A stretch of 64,000 nucleotides of DNA from Takakia lepidozioides (Eukaryota > Plantae > Bryophyta): assembly GCA_030704615.1 (NCBI GenBank), contig CM060731.1, forward strand, positions 92,442,001 to 92,506,000, in the 5' to 3' direction. The notes below the pieces were generated by a model. It saw nothing but the letters and a program-made list of their open reading frames with translations, did not search any database and had not been told where the DNA came from. How positions within the stretch are numbered: the stretch's first letter is position 1; each line of letters starts with the position of its first letter. The position numbers were made by a program, and so were the translations under genes. Below are positions 12,994 through 26,379 of this stretch, one piece after another.

Positions 12994-15457
12994 AAGTGTG
13001 GCAGTATTGTTGATGCACGCCAAGTGTTTGACAAAATGTATGAAAGGGATATGTTTACATGGAATATAATGATTTTTCGTTATGCCAAGTATGGGTGTGG
13101 TGGGGAGGCTCTCAACATCTATGCCCGTATGCAACAAAAAGCGGTGCAGCCTGACAGGATCACATTCATTTCTTTTCTCAATGTATGTGCCATCAAAGAG
13201 CCCTCAAAAAGGGAAAACAAGTCCATTCTGACATTAGGAAGTTGAAATTGCTCCAGATGTTATCCTGGAGACTGCCCTCCTTGACATGTATGCCAAATGT
13301 GGGAGCATGAAGGATGCACGTCAAGTGTTCAATAAAATGCCAAAACGAAATGTGGTCTCATGGAACGCAATGATGACGGGATGTGCTCAACATGGCTGTG
13401 GTAGGGAGGCCTTTGAGATGTATGAGCAAATGCAACAGGAAGGAACGGTGCCCGACATGGTCACATTCATTTGCATTCTAAATGCGTGTGCCAGGCTTGG
13501 GGTACTGGAAAAGTGTAGAGAGGTCCATGCTGACATCATCAAAGCGGGTATCCCATCATATACTAATTTGGAAACTGCACTCGTCAACATGTATGCGAAA
13601 TGCAGGAGCATGAAGAATGCACATCAAGTGTTCGACAATATGGCTAAAAGAGATGTGATCTCCTGGAATGCCCTGACTACAGGATATGCTCAGCATGGGT
13701 GTGGCAGGGAGGCTTTCAAGATCTGCAAATGCAACAGGAAGGTGTGCTGCCCAACAGGGTGGCATTCATTTGCGTTCTCAATGCATGTGCCAGCACAGGA
13801 GCTCTTGAAAAGGGTAACAGCTCCACGCTGACATCATCAAGGTGGGATTTGCCTCGTATATAAATTTGGAGAATACCCTCATCGACATGTATTCCAAATG
13901 CAGGAGCATGAAGGATGCTCAGCAATTGTTTGAAAATATGGCTAAACAAAATGTTGTGTCCTGGAACTCCCATGATCACAGGGTATGTTGAGCATGGGTG
14001 GGGCGGGAAGGCTTTTGAGATGTATGAGCAAATGCAACGGGAAGGTGTGACACCCGACAGGGTCACATTTATTTCCGTTCTCAATGGTTGTGCTAGCTTA
14101 GGAGTCTTGGAAAAGGGCAGAGAGGTCCATGCTGATATCAGGAAAGCTGGATGTGAACCATGTTTAAATTTGGAGAATACTGCCAAATGTGGGAGCATAA
14201 AGGATGCGCATCAAATCTTTGACAATATGCTTCAACGAGACATAGTCTCATGGAACACCACGATTGCAGGCAATGCTCAGCATGGGTGCAGTAGGGAGGC
14301 TTTCCAGATCTATGAGCAAATGCAACGAGAAGGAGTGACACCCGGGGTCACATTTATTTGTGTTCTCAATGCATGTGCCACCCTAGGAGCCCTGGGAAAG
14401 GGCGAAGTGGTTCATGCTGGCATTGTTAAAGCTGGAATGATGTCATATGTGGGTTTGAGAATACCCTTGTCAATCTGTATGCCAAATGTGGGAGCACTGA
14501 AGATGCACGTCGTGTGTTTAGTAATATGAGGGCCTCGCTACCACACCCATGCTGAGCATAACCTGCAATCATGGCATTCCATGAAACCACATCTCGTTCA
14601 GCAACTATTTGAAGAAATGCAAGAGGATGGCTTGAAGCCGGACAATATCACGTTTATCTCTCTTCTTTCTGCATGCAGCCATGTGGGCCTTGTGGATGAA
14701 GGGTGTCACTACTTTGACTCCTTGAGTCAAGATCATGGCATCACACCTCCAGCTGAGCATTTTGGCTGCATGGTTGACCTTCTTGGCCGTGGAGGGCGAT
14801 TGTATGAGGCAGAGAACCTCATTAAGAAATGCCAAGCAAACCAGCTTCGATAGTGTGGGGGACCTTGCTTGGTGCCTCCAGGATCCATGGCAATGTGGAG
14901 GTAGAGAGCGCATGGCAATAAGCGTTTTTGAAAGTGATCCACAGGATGCTGCAACTTATGTTCTGCTTTCGAACATCCATGCTGCGGCGGGCATGTGGGA
15001 TGAGAGAGCAAAGGTGAGAATAATGATGGAGGAGAGAGGTGCCATAAAGGAGCCAGGGCGCAGCTGCATTGAGGTCAACAACCTGGTGCATTCTTTTCTT
15101 GGAGGAGATACATTGCATCCTTGTATTGAGAAGATCCACGCAAAGTTGCAGAAATTGTCTCTGTTGATGACCAACGCTGGATACCTTCCTGACACATGCT
15201 TTGTATTGCGTGACTTGGAGGAACAAAAGATATTGTCTCTTCGTTACAACAGTGAAAAGCTGGCCATTGCTTTTGGTATTATCAGCACACCTCCTGGGAC
15301 GCTTATCCGTGTCATAGAAAACCTTCGAGTTTGTGGTGACTGCCATTCAGCGATCAGGTTCATCTCAAAGATTGTTGGGCAGGCAGTTGTTGTACGAGAT
15401 GCCAACCACTTTCACGACTTCCAAGACGGCATTTGTTCTTGTGAAGATTACTGGTGA
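12991..15457 (+). pseudogene. PLS-class PPR protein with E/E+/DYW domain (organellar C-to-U editing factor type), frameshifted
   Basis: Repeated MYAKCGS..DA.QVF..M..R.VVSWN, P..VTF..LNAC and G..VHA motifs, PG box KEPGRSCIEV, NLRVCGDCH, C-terminal CSCEDYW. Split over at least six ORFs; the deaminase HSE motif reads NSE. Confidence 0.92.
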
Positions 15458-16964
15458 AACAAGCAGCATGCATGAAAAGAAAGTCCGCCGGACGAAATTT
15501 GAGGGGCATCGTGGCTTGTCATTATCATAGAATGTACTCATGCCACTCCCTGTGAACGTTAGCTTGCCATATAGCCTTACGGCCATTGATCCTGCAGGAA
15601 ACTAACCCTCCCAGAGCCTTTCGTGGGGTTTGCACCCACCACTAGGGTTTGTCAGTATCACAGAGTAAAGTTACAAGAAGTGGTCTGAATGAGTCAGTCA
15701 GTATTTCATGTGATTATCAGGTAAGTCAGAGAACGTCACATCGTGGGAGATTGTTGGGAGAACACATATGATGATTACTTATGGGGTTCAGACTTCTTGG
15801 CTGGAATCAAAGTGGAACCTGCTCACAAGTCAGAAGGCAAAGGAGGATTAAGGTTGAACTAGGTGCTCCTTTATTCTCTTTGTTGTGACTGGGATTCCTT
15901 ATACATACTGACACCGGCTCCTGCTTTTGCCACAAGAGCCAGAGGTTTTCCAAATTGGGGTACCCTCGGTCCTGAAGCACACATTTCCTAGAGGGTGAGG
16001 TGAGCACTCGGCTTTGCAGTCGATGATCAATTAGTCCCAAGGCGACTATATACCTGTTACTATGAATGAGTCAGCTGTTATCCGTAATCTGAGCCCTTCA
16101 ACCTCCTTCAATCACACTAGAGAGCCCTATTTGCAACAAAAAAAATTAATACATCAGTGGCGCGGTGATTCTTCAAGAAGGTGACCTTTGTTTGAATTCT
16201 GTATATGCACATAGAATCAGGTCACAACTGTCAATTGGGACAGATTGCATACACTGCTTACACGCTACCCTGCCTCAACAAGCCATTTTTGCATGCCCAG
16301 AAATGTCACGGTGGCAGACTGAGGGCTGTCCAAAGAGGAAAACAATCAAACTGATCTAGACTTGGCTGCAAGTCCAACAGAAAGTTCAAATTGAAAGAGG
16401 GAAATTAGATGTTGTGGACGTGACTGACTGGCTTCCTTGATTTTCTGTACAGAAGATATTTTGTATCTTCATCGGAGGGACCCTGCTTGCACAAAACATC
16501 CATCCATGGTCCCAAAGATCATCCGTTTGTGTATGATTCCAGCCGTGATTCGACCCGTTATTCCAACCGTGATATACACACCCGTGATCCACCAGGGTTA
16601 TTAGTCTTCAAAGGGAGGCCTTGTAGTTAATTACGGCAGAGGGGCAGGGTGCCCCCGAAGAGATTTGCAGGCAGGTGGTAGGGATCGGTGTCGGAGAGAA
16701 GGATTACAGTGATTGGAAACAAGTTACAGATTGGGTTTTGGTCGTATCTCGGCTGCGTGAGTGATCAAGAAACGAAGGCAGACCCTCCTGTGTCCCTCTC
16801 TCTTTCAACCTCTCTCAACAAAATCCTCCAACCATCCGTCTAGATTGGAAAGAAGTTCACCATTTGGATCCGTTTGTGTGCGATTTCTTACCACTTGGGC
16901 GAAGAGAGAGAGAGGGGCGCGGAGAGATTCCCTGCGCAGGGAATTGAAAGGGGAGGGGATCGTG

Positions 16965-19900
16965 ATGGCGCATCACGGCGTGGAGATGGTGGTGGCGGTG
17001 GGAGAGGTGGCAGAAGTTGCCCTGGGAGCCCTGGAGTGGCGTCATGACCGGGTGGCCGCTCAAGTAACTGCGAAAGAGTGGGAATGCGCCGAGGCTGAAG
17101 GAGAACTGGATCTGCAAAGGAGGGAGAATATGCAGCTGCGGGCTACCGTAGCCTTGTATGAGCAAGCATTTCAACAGTTGCAGACGCAGACGGGGTACAA
17201 GGGGACATTATCTGTAGAACGCGCCATGGATGTAAGTGCTTTCTGGTAGTTCCCATTTATGTTATCCTTGTGCGCGAGTGTTCAGAGCAGTGACTTCAGC
17301 GACCAATACGATCGGGAGTCTTTTAGAATTTATGGCACTTGTATCCCTACTGTTCTCAAATTATTCGTAGGATGGATTCTCACATCGGGGGTTCCATTAT
17401 GCTGACTGTGTTGTTTGACTCACGAACCTTCATGTCTCAACAACGGGATTTTTATAGTGGGCCGGTGTTCCAACCTCGTTGGCGAATTGCGAGGATGAGC
17501 GGGGCGTATTTCTGTCGTTTGTCGAATCAAATGACATGCCCAGGCCATTGCATAGTTTCTTCTCTCTCACAGAAGTGATACATTACTGCCCAGGAACCAA
17601 ATTCTAGCCTGATCCTTGTTTGTGGTATGGATTTGACAGTTGTACGAGCAAGTAAAGAAGAGAGTGGCATCACCCTCATTCCTGGAGAAATTAAAGGCAC
17701 CCCCAGAAAATGTGAATGACCAACTATCCGATGCCACCCTGATGAAAACAGAAGGTGATTTTTTTTCATGGTAACTGTGCCATCTGGTAGTATTATTTTT
17801 GGCATAATCAATGTGCTTTTAGGGGGGTGAGGGGAAACGTTAACTTGTGCTAGAAAAATGTTCTTTCTGCGTGCTTGTTCACTGATGTGGGTATTGTGAG
17901 GGTGTTTGCAACCAATGCAGAGGGCATGTTTGTGAAGGCTGATGTGGATGACCCAAACTGGTGGCTATGGCTTTCGGAGAATGAGATGATTTGTGGGGAG
18001 CCTAAAGAGGTTCTTGATGGCCTGGACTCAGATGGTTATGTGCTAGTTAGCCAGGAGGATATTGTGGATAGCATTGCAAGTTTTATGGCCCGTTACATTT
18101 CCTCTGTCCCACAAGCAAAGGTAGACATTCTAACCATCTTAGGAAAGAAAAGTAGATTTCTGAGTCTCTTTTTCATATCCCCAACCCGCAAAGAAGGATC
18201 TTGGTCAGTTTCACAGACTCTGGGAGAAGTTTGGATATTAAAGGGGGTTTGTGGGTTCATACCGCAATTGTTAGTCAGCCAGGAGATTTGTAAAATCACT
18301 AAGTCTACAGGTGGAAGACTATATGACAGCTGTTGCATTGGAATAACATAATAAAGTAGCAATATTTGTCTTCTCCTTCAAAGTGAAGCAAAATGCTTAA
18401 ATTTGGAAACCAAGCCTCATGATGAAACTGAAGTGGAGCATGTTATACAGCATGAGGTATCAAATGTTAAACAGAATGTACTCCTGAGATGTTGTTTGCT
18501 GCAGCCTTGTGGCCGTAGACCGCAAATGTTAAACAGAGTACTCTCAAGTGTCATCAGCATATGGAGTCTTTTGCTTTTGTAGGGATGCTATCGATTCTCT
18601 GGTGCTAACACAGGCTAGTCTGTTCTATGTTGAGATGGCAGAACTTAACGCCCAAGGAACTGCAACAAGGTATGTCTGGAAGCTTTTGGTCCTCACGCAA
18701 TCTGTCCTCTTTGTTAAGCTTTCTTGTCCTTGATTACATTTCCTATCTATCGCTTAGTGTTGCTTGCCTATCATACTAAAGTACTCTCTCTCTCTCTCTC
18801 TCTCCTGTAGCATTCAACGACAGAGGAGAGGGAGGAAGTGATCTTAAGTGGCAGTGGGGTAGCCAAGAGATCCCGGTCCTCCCTTCCTACACTTACCTGG
18901 GCGTTGAGTTTTCCTCCAATTGTAATTGGGATGCACATATCCGGAAAGTTGTTCAAACTGGCAAGGGCAAAGCCCTGGGGCTCACTAAATTTTTCCACTG
19001 CAGAGGGGTCAACTCTGAGGTTAAGAAAACCATGCTTTGTCGCGTTATTAGACCTGCCTTGGAGTATGGATCTGCAATATGGGTTGATAACTCCAACCAG
19101 GCTAAGTCTCTAGAATCCATTCAAGTGGGGGTGCTTAAGGAGAGTATGTCAGCATGCTCCAAAACAGCCAATGTGGCTGTTCGGGGTGAGTTTGGCATTC
19201 CGTCCTTAAGCTCCCGACAAGATGAATTCAAGGTCAGATGGTGGGGTCAGCTGCAACATATGTCCAACACCAGATATCCTAAGTTAATCGACTCTATATC
19301 TTGGAAACAGGACCGCCCTGTCAAACAGGCTGAGTCCTGGCAGAAGAGAGTAGAAGAGATTCTCAAGGACCTGGACCTGGAACCGCAAGTCTTGACCCTG
19401 CTGGATAAATCTGACTTAGAGGCTGTAGTGTCCAAAGCCATGTCTGTTGCCATGAGATTGTCTGATGAAAATGAAGTTAGGCAGAAAACTTCCCTGAACT
19501 TGTTTCCAGTCAGTGACATGGGGGAGGACATCTTGGATGACCTCAAGGGTCTACCCACTCTCGGCACTAGACTGAAATTTAAACTCAGGGCAGGAAGCCT
19601 ACCTTTGAACAGCAAACAGAAGCAGAGAGGAAAGGGAGATTGCAATTGCCCGTTGTGTGGGCAACCTGAAGACAGTATTCATTTTCTGATACACTGTCCG
19701 GGGTTCTCTCACCAAAGAGACACTCTCTTCAAATCTATCAAGGGAATTGTGCCTGTACCTCTGTTTACCAACTTTGAAAGTCTCGAGGCTGAGCCAAAAG
19801 CCCAGGCCCTCCTGAGGCCTAGTTTTTGGGCAAATCACACACAGCAGATTGATGCTTGTGTGAAGGGATTTCTAGAGGATATCTGGAAAACCCGGATTAA

Positions 19901-20790
19901 TTCTATATATGAAGGTAAGTCTTACTACCAACGTCAGCCCCTGACAGAGGTAGGTTCTGTCCCTTTTGTTTCCGCTCAAACTGGGCACGGGGTCAATGGC
20001 CACAAGGCTACGGCAAACAACGTCTTATGAGTACAATCTCTCTCTCTCCTCTCTACGGCTACGGCAAACAAAATCTTTCAGTCTCTCCTCTCTCTTACCT
20101 CCCCTGCATCCCCTTTTCTTCTCAGGCGGTGGGTCAATCGCCACATGCTAATGGGGGAGTCTAATTAGTATTCTCTCTGTGTGTCTCTGGCTCAGTTGCA
20201 TGGCAACTTCATGATGAGCAAATGTTCTGCAAGGTTGTGTTGCAAATTGACATGGTCTAGTGTGGCGGTGGTTTGAGAGCAGTGATGACACAAGCGTTCA
20301 GTAAGGCTGAGAAGAAAGGGAAATTTCGCAAGTTGTGGGAGACCGGCAAGTTCCTGTACACAGCTGGTTCCTGGGGTGCCACAGCTTTTTCGTGAGTTTC
20401 CAAACTGATTGCACCATGCATTTAACAGAATGTTAGATGTATAGGACATTAAGCTGAGTACCTGTTTAAGTCATAGCTGGAAAAATGCAGGTTGGGATCC
20501 TTGGCTTTCCCCTTTTGTCTGAAATTAAACATCTGCCCCAATACTACCAGATAGTTCAGACCACTTTTCGCCCCTCCCTGTCAATGGCCAGTCAATGCCA
20601 GAGGAAACATTGGTCTACATACAATGCCTTGGGGTGGACTCTAGGCTAATCTTTATGCTGGATGTTCAAATAATTGATGTTGGTTCTGCTTGGTTGATGG
20701 AGCAGGGTCTGCAGGCATCCTATGGTACTTAGAGCTGCCTCCATGGCTGTTTGGACATCATGCTGCATCATCCTGAAAATTTTAAAGTGA
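16965..20790 (+). CDS. Conserved uncharacterised plant protein, 6 exons, 267 aa
   Basis: Exons 16965-17231, 17640-17754, 17921-18120, 18642-18669, 20283-20391, 20706-20790; GT-AG, in phase, 804 nt. Motifs EVAEVA..ALE, coiled LRRENxQLR, DLYEQV, PNWWLW, YVLVSQEDIVDSIASFMARYI..PQAKNLTPKELQ, LWETGKFLYTAGSWG recall a land-plant family of unknown function. Confidence 0.85.
18806..20075 (+). mobile_element. 5'-truncated non-L1-type LINE (RTEX/CR1-group-like) in intron 4
   Basis: Frame open from about 18807 to 20030: YTYLGVEF (RT thumb), IRPALEYGSAIW, VRGEFG, KLRAGSLPL, CPLCGQPEDSIHFLIHCP. Flanked on both sides by (TC)n. Confidence 0.85.
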
Positions 20791-21631
20791 AGAGTACTTG
20801 GAAATGCTACCTCAATATATCAACTTGCTGTCCGCGGCAGCCAGCCTCAACATGCTTCATATATGTCCTCTGTGCATAATTCTTTGCTGTATATATGTAC
20901 CATATCTTGGACTATAGTGGTTTTCGTGTTATGTTCGACATTTAGCTCTACACAACTGGCTTCCTATACTTCTCTCGTATTGGTGAGTCCCTAGAGGGGG
21001 GGCCCTATAGGCCATGTTAATCTCCAATTATCTGAGTCTTTTGTGTGATCAGGTCGATGCCCTGACAAAATCTCCCTTTCTCTCCATCACATTGGCAAGT
21101 GAAGTGCAAGACGAGGTTTGTCTCTATGAGGGAGGCAGCCATCGCTTTACTGTAAAAATATGAAGGTTTTCTTGGAAGCTGATGGGGTAGTTGAGGGTTA
21201 AGGAAGTTGCCTATATTCTGGCCCAATCATTGATAGTAAAAAAGTTGGTTGGTTGACTAGTCCGAATTTAATATTGGCCCTCCATCCCATGAATGACATG
21301 ACTTCAGCCTCTCCAGCATTGAAAGGAAGTGTCCGGACTAGAAGTGAGCGACATTAGGCCGGACCGACTCCATGATGGAACTTCTACTTCACGCTAAAAT
21401 TTGGGTCATGAGCTTAATTTGCCTTTCTTATTGTCTAAGGGCCAAAATTAGTGGGGCGTATTTTTCATGGTTTAGTTCTGGGTATCGGTCATGCCAATAG
21501 AAAGAGAGAGGAAAACTCTTGCTGAAGCAGGCGTAGTTACTGATGCCATTTCACTTTGAAGGTTGTGAAGCTCAAAATGCATGTAGGGTAGAGATGCTTC
21601 GTCCTCTTCCTGTATGCTCAAAATGGGGGGA

Positions 21632-22009
21632 TGTAACTCAGGAAGTGAGCTTTACGATGAGGAGGGAATCACTGGCAGAGGACCGACAGACAGATGCCAC
21701 GGACATATGACATACACGCAACACAGCACATTCGTCCCTGACTCTGCTACACCAGTATGCCTACAGCACTCTCCCTTGTCACCCTTGTACAGAATCCGTC
21801 CACCAACCGCCCACATTCCTTTTCCCAGAAGCCTTTTATTGAGCAGCCACATCATATCCAAGTCATCACCACCTGGCGAGGCGCTACTGGCCCATCACGA
21901 GGCGGGCACAGCTAGGCATGGGGCCAAGAGTTAACGGTATAAAGCATTGAAGGGTATTGTAACAGTATGTCTAGAGTATAAGTAGCTTCCAACAGCTCTC
22001 TACATTACA
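21632..22009 (+). mobile_element. Possible LTR (378 bp)
   Basis: TGTAA...TTACA inverted termini, preceded by purine tract AAAATGGGGGGA and followed by TGGCGG (PBS-like). No second copy in the window. Confidence 0.4.
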
Positions 22010-22060
22010 TGGCGGCACCATAAAAGGTATGTCAGAACCAAATCGGGGCAAGGCAGGAAC

Positions 22061-22320
22061 ACGGTGCCACTGAAAGGGGTGTGGGGTGCCGCACACCCCT
22101 TTTCAGGGGTTTTCTTTTTTCTTTTTTGGGGTTTTTTCTAGGTTTTTTTGTTTTGTTTTTTAGGGTTTTTTTAGGGTTTTTTTTTAGTGTGCGGTGCCAC
22201 TGAAAGAGGTGTGCGGCGCACCCCTTTTCGGAGGTTTTGGTTTTCTTTTTTTTTTGGGTTTTTAGGGTTTTTTTTTAATTTATTTTTTCTCCGTAGATGC
22301 CACTGAAAGTGGTGTGCGAT
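22061..22320 (-). repeat. AAAGGGGTGTGCGG-CA-CCGCACACCCCTTT hairpin array with AAAACCCT-rich spacers, inverted piece
   Basis: Three units; reverse complement of the arrays at 23751-24045 and 28010-28420. Confidence 0.85.
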
Positions 22321-22470
22321 ATATTTGGCAATTGCCGCTCAAAATGGTGTCGTCTTGTTTGCAATATGGAGCATAGGTCAGCAGTTGACAATCCTACCTA
22401 TTCATTGAAGCCATGTGCTCTTCTTTCATAATGGGGTCTAATTTCATCGTACTTTACATGCCTATTCCCA

Positions 22471-22647
22471 CGGTTATAGGTCCAGCGGGAATAGGTACTC
22501 TTTGTTCGACCGCCCGTCCTATGGCATTTGCTGACAAGGCCTTCGCTCGCGCTAACGTGGTATCCGCTCACGCTGATATGGCCTGAGCGTGGGCTCACAC
22601 CACGTCAGCCCTGCGTGGCGCTCACCGCTCACGCCGTAGCGTCGCTC
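22471..22647. mobile_element. Terminus of Mutator-like element 1
   Basis: CGGTTATA...CTCACCGCTCACGCCGTAGCGTCGCTC, followed by 9-mer GTCTCAAAG (22648-22656) that matches the 9-mer at 28673-28681 (rc GTCTCATAA, 7/9). Confidence 0.65.
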
Positions 22648-23400
22648 GTCTCAAAGGATAGTGATGGCGTTGCACAATTTTTCTTCAATGAGATCATCTT
22701 ACAACACGGTTGCCCGTTGGAGATCCTAACTGACCAAAGGAAGGAATTCTGTAACCAACTTATGCTCATCCTCTACCACACCCTGGATGATCATCAGACA
22801 CGGATACGTCCTTATCACCCACAATGCAATGGTCTTACTGAGCAATTCAATCAGACGATGTGCTTGATGCTGGAGAAGTGTGGAAGCCTCACACAAGATT
22901 GGGACAATATTCTTCTCCCTCATCTCATTTTTGCTTATAGAACAGTAGTTCAAGCCAGTACTGGGAAAACTCCATTTGAATTACTCTATGGTAGGACTTG
23001 TGTCTCTCCCATTCACCCCACCCTTTTGAATTCTGTAATAGTTGATCCTGAGAATTGGAGTGCGTTCGTGGCTAAGTTGTAGGCCAAGCATACTCAGATG
23101 TTTGATGAGGCTAAGTTTAACATCTCCAAGGCACAACTGTCTCAGGCTAAGCAGTATAACCGTAGGGTCGTGTATTCCTCTCGTTTTGTTGAAGGCCAGA
23201 CTGTGCACTTGTGAAACTCCAGCATGGTCCCATTGAGAGTAAGTCTAAAACTAGGATTGATGGCCTTATCTGATTCATGAGATGATTGCAGGCGACAAAG
23301 CCATGCTTCTCCCTCAACATCACACGGCTCTTTGAAATTCTTGAGCCAGTGCCCGTTACAGACTTGTTGCATTCTCGTCTTCAGTTTGATCTTACCTAAG
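22648..23400 (+). pseudogene. Old Ty3/gypsy integrase core and GPY/F region
   Basis: HGCPLEILTDQ..EF, PYHPQCNGLTEQFNQT, FAYRT..QASTGKTPFELLYGR; stops after 23082. Confidence 0.9.
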
Positions 23401-23750
23401 TGAATGTTGAAGGGCGCAAAGTGGAGATGATGCCGAAGAAGAAGACCAAGCTTTGAGTTGGCAGTAGGATCTGGTTTCTTTTGAACACTCGGCTTTGTAA
23501 ATAGTTGTGCTTGATTAGGCTGTAGACATAGGGATTTGGATAGTTTTAGAGTTGTTTGTTTCTTTTTGAACTAGCCACAACTTGTAAGAGTTGGGGTTTT
23601 TCCCGCACTGCAGGTTTTTTCATCCCAGCTCGGCCTAAAGGTGGGAGCACTTCCAGCTCTCATTAGACAGTCACACTGGACTGGCGGAGCAAATTGCTAC
23701 TAAGGTGATAACGTTCCAAGCTTGCATTTGGATCTAGAAGTGATTGCATT

Positions 23751-24045
23751 GTACACTAAAAAAAACCCCTAAAAAAAACCCTAAAAAACAAAAACAAATA
23801 CCCCAAAAAGGAAAAAAAAAAAAAAACTCCTGAAAAGGGGTGTGCGCGGTAATGCCCTGAGTGGAGGGCATTCCCGGATTTTTGGGCCCGACACCGAGGG
23901 CGGCAAAAACCCTAAGAAAACCCTAAAAACCCTTTAAAAACCTAAAAAATCCCAAAAAAAGAAAAGAAAAATCCTGAAAAGGGGTGTGCGGCACCGCACA
24001 CCACTTTCAGTGGCATCTGCGGGGAAAGTAAAACCCCCCTAAGAA
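23751..24045 (+). repeat. GGGGTGTGCGG hairpin array (continuation of the 22061-22320 piece)
   Basis: Same unit at about 23831 and 23976, with A-run/AAACCCT spacers. Confidence 0.85.
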
Positions 24046-24062
24046 CCGGGGGGACTGTCAGC

Positions 24063-26379
24063 TCATATATTTTCGGGAGTTCTCTCTTTTCCTCCTTGTT
24101 AAGTTCACTTTAAGAGGTCTCGTTTGCAAGTGTGAATTGGCGCACACCTCTAGAACCATCGACTCAAAAAGAATGAGGTGGCCATGTCCAGCCATGCATG
24201 CTGCACCAGATCACTTTACTTTGCTTGTTCTTCATTTGGTTCCTTGGTGGAACTGTGCGCTGGACATGTGCGCCATTGTGCACCACCCCGAAACGCCAAC
24301 GCACATTTGTTTCGCAGTGTTTAATTATTTTTTTATCCCTAGTTTTGAGGGGGGCTGAAAAACAATTGTGCGTTAACGCATACTTGCTTTGCAATAGCCC
24401 AACTGGATTTTATTATTATTATTATTTTAATCTGGTTTTGACGGGGTCTTAAAAACAAGTGTCCATTAACGCACACTTGCTTTGCAGCAGTCCAACTATA
24501 TATATATATACATATTGACGGGGGCTGGAAAACAACTATGCCTGAGCGTAGCGCGTCAATCGGTGGGACGTTGCTCCTTTAAAAAATGAGAATAAAATGA
24601 AAGCAAGATAAATATTTTTTTTTCTTTAAAAAGAAAATAAAGTGATCGCACAATTGACGGTCATTTCTTTTTTTAATTTCAACAACTCCTGCAATGTGAA
24701 CACACTAGCTTTGCAGCAGCCCAACGGGGGGGAGGAAAATAAATAAATAAAAATCGGTTTTGACAAAGGATGGAAAATAAAGTGTGCGTCAACACACACT
24801 TCTATTGCAGCAACCCAATATCTCTCCTATTGTTTTACATCCACGAATTATTTGCTATAGTTTTCTTTTGTAGTGTGAATTCATGAGGTGAAATTTTCTT
24901 GCCAAAAGAGTTTGTTTCAAAGTTGCTAGATGCATTACACTGTTCGGGGGGTTACCGACGCCTAAGCGACGCCATGCGCGTCGCTAAATGCGGATTTCTG
25001 GCCCGGCGGAAATCGCAAATCTGCGACGCCTCAGATGCGTTGTTACGGTGCCGTCGCAGAATCCGCGCTTAAGGCGACACCTCAGGCGTCGCAAATAGCG
25101 CCCCCCAGGACTCCCTGGATTGCACCTACGATATCCCCGGCGTCGTAATGGGCGGGAGCATGAGGTGCACGGAACGCGACGCTGGGAGCATCGCACTTCT
25201 AAGCGACTCTGTGCGTCGCTCCCGCACTGCGTCATCTCTGCCGTCGCCGTTTCCATGCGACTGTTTTTTATTTTTTATTTTTAAATAAATATTGTATATT
25301 AAAATTTGTTTTTGTTTAATCCATTATTGCGATTTCTCGTGCGTCGCAATAAAACTGCAACTTTTTTTTTCCTTTTTTTTAATTGGATTTTGTTTTTCAA
25401 AGTGCTCGCAACTGCGACGCCTTTCGAGTAATTGTTTTTTTTTTTTTTTTTTTTTTCGTATTGGGTTGTTGTAATTGTTTTTTTTTTCCTTTCGGGTGCC
25501 CGTCCTGCGGCGGCATAGACGTCGCAGCAAACCTACGACGCTTTTGCGGGGCCCAATATGTGTCCCCCTGTGCAACGTCATCAGCGTTGCAGTAAACCTG
25601 CGATGCTTTTGGGGGGATCAGTATGTGTTCCTGGTGCGATGGCATGGGCGTCGCAGTAAAACGGCAACGCTTTGGTGGCCCAAATAGGTGTCCCCTCATG
25701 CGACGACCATGGCGTTGGAGTTAATCTGTGACGCTTTTATTTGAAATGAAGCTAGAGCGGTGGTCCATATCTGTGACGCCAAGACCTGCATCGCGTTTTT
25801 TTTTATAAAAAAATTCGGTGGCCTCTATCTGCGATGCCCGGGGCGTCGCATTAAACCTGCAACGGATTTTTTTTCAAAACGTTTTTTAGGGTGGCCCCAT
25901 ATGCGACGCCCAGGTGTTGCAGAGGGCCGGGTTTCTTTTGTTTTGTAGATTTGCGACGCTTGGGAGGTCTCACCAGGCCTGAATTAGGATTGGGAGTTTA
26001 GGGTTAGGCTTAGGTTTGGGAAATATGGGGATTGTGCATATTTAATATAAATGAGAGAGTAACCACATCATGCGCATGCGTATATACATATATATATATG
26101 TAAAATTGACCTCAAAGATCGTGTACATCATCCCTACTACTCACCCTAGCCCTCCGAACTCCCGGGGCTAGATCCCTCACTACCGTCATCACGGTCAGGG
26201 TCACCATCACCGTCGGTCTCACTCTCACTCACATGACTTTCATCACTCTCACTACCCTCACTATCGCCACTCTTCTTCTTCCTCCTGTTCTTGAGCATCT
26301 TACATGCCTTCATGCGTGTAATGATGCCAGCGTACTCATGGAGCTTGGCGTACTCCACTTTCGATCTGTGGGGTACAAC
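24063..26379 (+). repeat. 2.3-kb segmental duplication, copy 1 (inverted relative to 33346-35654)
   Basis: Colinear high identity; mirrored ORFs (METATAE..., MVHICDA..., KLHEYAGIITRMKACK...). Confidence 0.95.
24933..26370. mobile_element. CACTA terminal region with GCGACGC subterminal repeats and a last exon (RSKxEYAKLHEY...acidic/Ser tail, minus strand)
   Basis: CATTACAC at 24933; the duplicate copy has the intact terminus (TAGTG at 34755-34759 = CACTACACCG). Dense GCGACG/CGTCGC repeats over about 1 kb. Confidence 0.65.
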
